Below are positions 62,599 through 64,000 of a stretch of 64,000 bases of DNA, piece after piece. This DNA is from an uncultured Hyphomonas sp. (GTDB lineage Bacteria > Pseudomonadota > Alphaproteobacteria > Caulobacterales > Hyphomonadaceae), in assembly GCA_964644385.1 (NCBI GenBank), contig CAZXVJ010000006.1, positions 28,142 to 92,141 of the forward strand. Reading direction: 5' to 3'. Under the pieces are notes generated by a model. That model worked only from the letters and a program-made list of their open reading frames with translations, ran no database searches and was not told the origin of the DNA. The position numbers and the translations under genes were made by a program. The stretch's first letter is position 1. Each line of letters starts with the position of its first letter.

Positions 62599-62918
62599 TA
62601 TCGTGCTCCCTCAAGCTTAATCTCAATACCCACACCAGATGACAGGTCGAGCTTCATCAGCGCGTCAACGGTCTGCGGGGTCGGGTCCACGATGTCGAGA
62701 ATGCGCTTATGGGTGCGAATCTCGAACTGCTCGCGTGATTTCTTGTTCACATGGGGTGAACGATTGACTGTAAAGCGCTCAATACGCGTTGGCAGCGGGA
62801 TCGGGCCTTTCACTTCAGCGCCGGTGCGCTTGGCCGTCTGCACGATCTCTTTTGCCGACATATCGAGGGCGCGGTGATCGAAGGCTTTCAGCCTGATCCG
62901 GATATTTTGTCGTTCCAT
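62598..62918 (-). CDS. rpsJ: 30S ribosomal protein S10.
   Basis: [52 protein letters not shown]10 signature. First gene of the S10 operon. Confidence 0.95.
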   Translation of the reverse strand: MERQNIRIRLKAFDHRALDMSAKEIVQTAKRTGAEVKGPIPLPTRIERFTVNRSPHVNKKSREQFEIRTHKRILDIVDPTPQTVDALMKLDLSSGVGIEIKLEGAR

Positions 62919-63463
62919 TGGTCTTCCGTCCGCACAAGTAAATGAGTTTCAGGCGCATACTCGTCAGTCGCTGCACCAAAACGCATGGGTTTGATAAAAT
63001 TGTCAGTTTCAAAAGGAGCGTTCACGCGAAAACGTGCGGCCATCCATGTGAAGGCTGGGGTTTAGGCGAGAAGACTCATGGCGTCAACAGCCATATGCGC
63101 AATTTTTATGGGCGTGCGCATGGTTATTTTCGGTTTCAGCAGATCGCCCTGAACCCCGCAGAGTTTTATGCGGGGTTTGCAACCGAATCGCCGCCCCTGC
63201 TTCGGCGCAGCCCGCTTCGAACACACGTGTCCATATCGGCTCTATATCCACTCTGTATCTGGTCCATATCATTGGCGAACCGTCCATATCCATTTGCTCT
63301 ACTTGAGCAAAACCGAGCGTTAGCTCCAAGCGCCTGAAATCAGAACCTAAATGGGACTGACGCAAAACGCTCTTCGTCTCGTATGGGCGCAAAATCGGAC
63401 ATTAGAGATTTGTCCGCTCCCAACTTCTCGGCGGGCGAAACCAAACATATCAAAACCTAAACA

Positions 63464-64000
63464 CTAACCTTGAAAAATGCCTTTATAAGCAGCCGCTAAT
63501 GTTTCATCGACGTCGCGAAACGTCATTCCCAGATCGGCTCTTATTTTCTCGGTCGCAATATTCGCAGACTTGCCGATGTGAGTACGCAAATATGAACCTG
63601 TCCCCGCAGGTTGGAAGCGGCTAAAAACCTTTGTCATAAAGCTTCCAATGGCGCCCTCCATATTTTTTGTCGGTAGCGTCTTGGTCTCGATGTTGTTTGT
63701 CCGGCAAAACTCCACCACCTCACGCATACTGCGCTTGCCTGCTACGCAAAGATATCTGCCATTCGCTTGCGGTGTTTCCATCGCAAGAATATGCGCTTTG
63801 GCCACATCACGCACATCTACAAATCCCCAATGCAAGTCCAGAATTCCTGGCATGCCGCCAAGCGCAACGTTCTTGAGCAAGGCATTAGAATTGTTCAAGC
63901 CCGGCCCTAAGCTTGGCCCGATTGTCATGTAGGGATTTACAACAACCAAATCCCAATCAAAGTCATTGTCTTCCATATATTTCCAAGCTGCTTTCTCAGC
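63464..64000 (-). CDS. C-terminal part of an NAD-dependent epimerase/dehydratase (extended SDR) family protein. The 5' end lies outside the window.
   Basis: ORF reaches the window edge. DWDLVVVNPYMTIGP and later VDVRDVAKAHILAME resemble the substrate-binding half of CCR/3beta-HSD-like extended SDRs. Confidence 0.45.
   Translation of the reverse strand, partial: AEKAAWKYMEDNDFDWDLVVVNPYMTIGPSLGPGLNNSNALLKNVALGGMPGILDLHWGFVDVRDVAKAHILAMETPQANGRYLCVAGKRSMREVVEFCRTNNIETKTLPTKNMEGAIGSFMTKVFSRFQPAGTGSYLRTHIGKSANIATEKIRADLGMTFRDVDETLAAAYKGIFQG

Noticed and set aside
55886-62877. Long antisense ORFs within the ribosomal protein operon (e.g. 55886..56302 +, 57841..58608 +, 62113..62877 +)
   Set aside because: Every position is already covered by canonical r-protein genes on the minus strand. 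Antisense ORFs are expected in GC-rich, Lys/Arg-codon-rich r-protein genes.

Overview
This is a ~60% GC chromosomal segment whose gene content and operon orders look alphaproteobacterial (obg-proB after rplU-rpmA; adk directly after secY; no rpsD in the alpha operon; no tuf in front of rpsJ). Most of it is core housekeeping and metabolism.

Main contents:
- Core blocks: rplU-rpmA-GNAT-obg-proB, and a complete minus-strand S10/spc/alpha ribosomal super-operon with secY and adk (48.3-62.9 kb).
- Acyl-CoA and lipid metabolism (17-36 kb): three AMP-dependent acyl-CoA synthetases, tesB, hotdog thioesterases, acyl-CoA dehydrogenase, enoyl-CoA hydratase, aldehyde dehydrogenase, SDRs.
- Other genes: an M1 aminopeptidase, GST, a nupC-TonB-receptor pair, and 3-4 tRNAs (Pro-TGG, Arg-TCT, probable Val-CAC).
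- Mobile elements: no IS, integrase or CRISPR was seen.

The first 13.4 kb is the accessory-looking part and is the best candidate for an undescribed system. It holds an ECF sigma factor of the Ser/Thr-kinase-associated type, its kinase (with the hallmark N-terminal helix motif) and a PPP-family phosphatase. Divergent from the sigma gene is a tightly packed, translationally coupled 8-gene plus-strand operon:
- a 3-TM membrane protein;
- an SPFH(band-7)-coiled-coil protein ending in a zinc ribbon;
- a zinc-ribbon Ser/Thr kinase with a TM helix and periplasmic tail;
- a Cys-rich/zinc-ribbon FHA protein;
- a lipoprotein;
- two tandem paralogous papain-like (C1) cysteine peptidases with intact Q/C/H/N catalytic residues, no signal peptide or propeptide, and C-terminal GPGxGGGYD(K/R) decapeptide repeats (4 copies vs 2);
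- a 4-TM membrane protein.

A second oddity is a shared ~60-aa helix-hairpin-helix-like C-terminal extension appended to three different ribosomal proteins (L21, L3, L4).

All domain calls are from motif recognition by eye; no database searches were run. Manually indexed coordinates (tRNAs, terminators) may be off by 1-2 nt.
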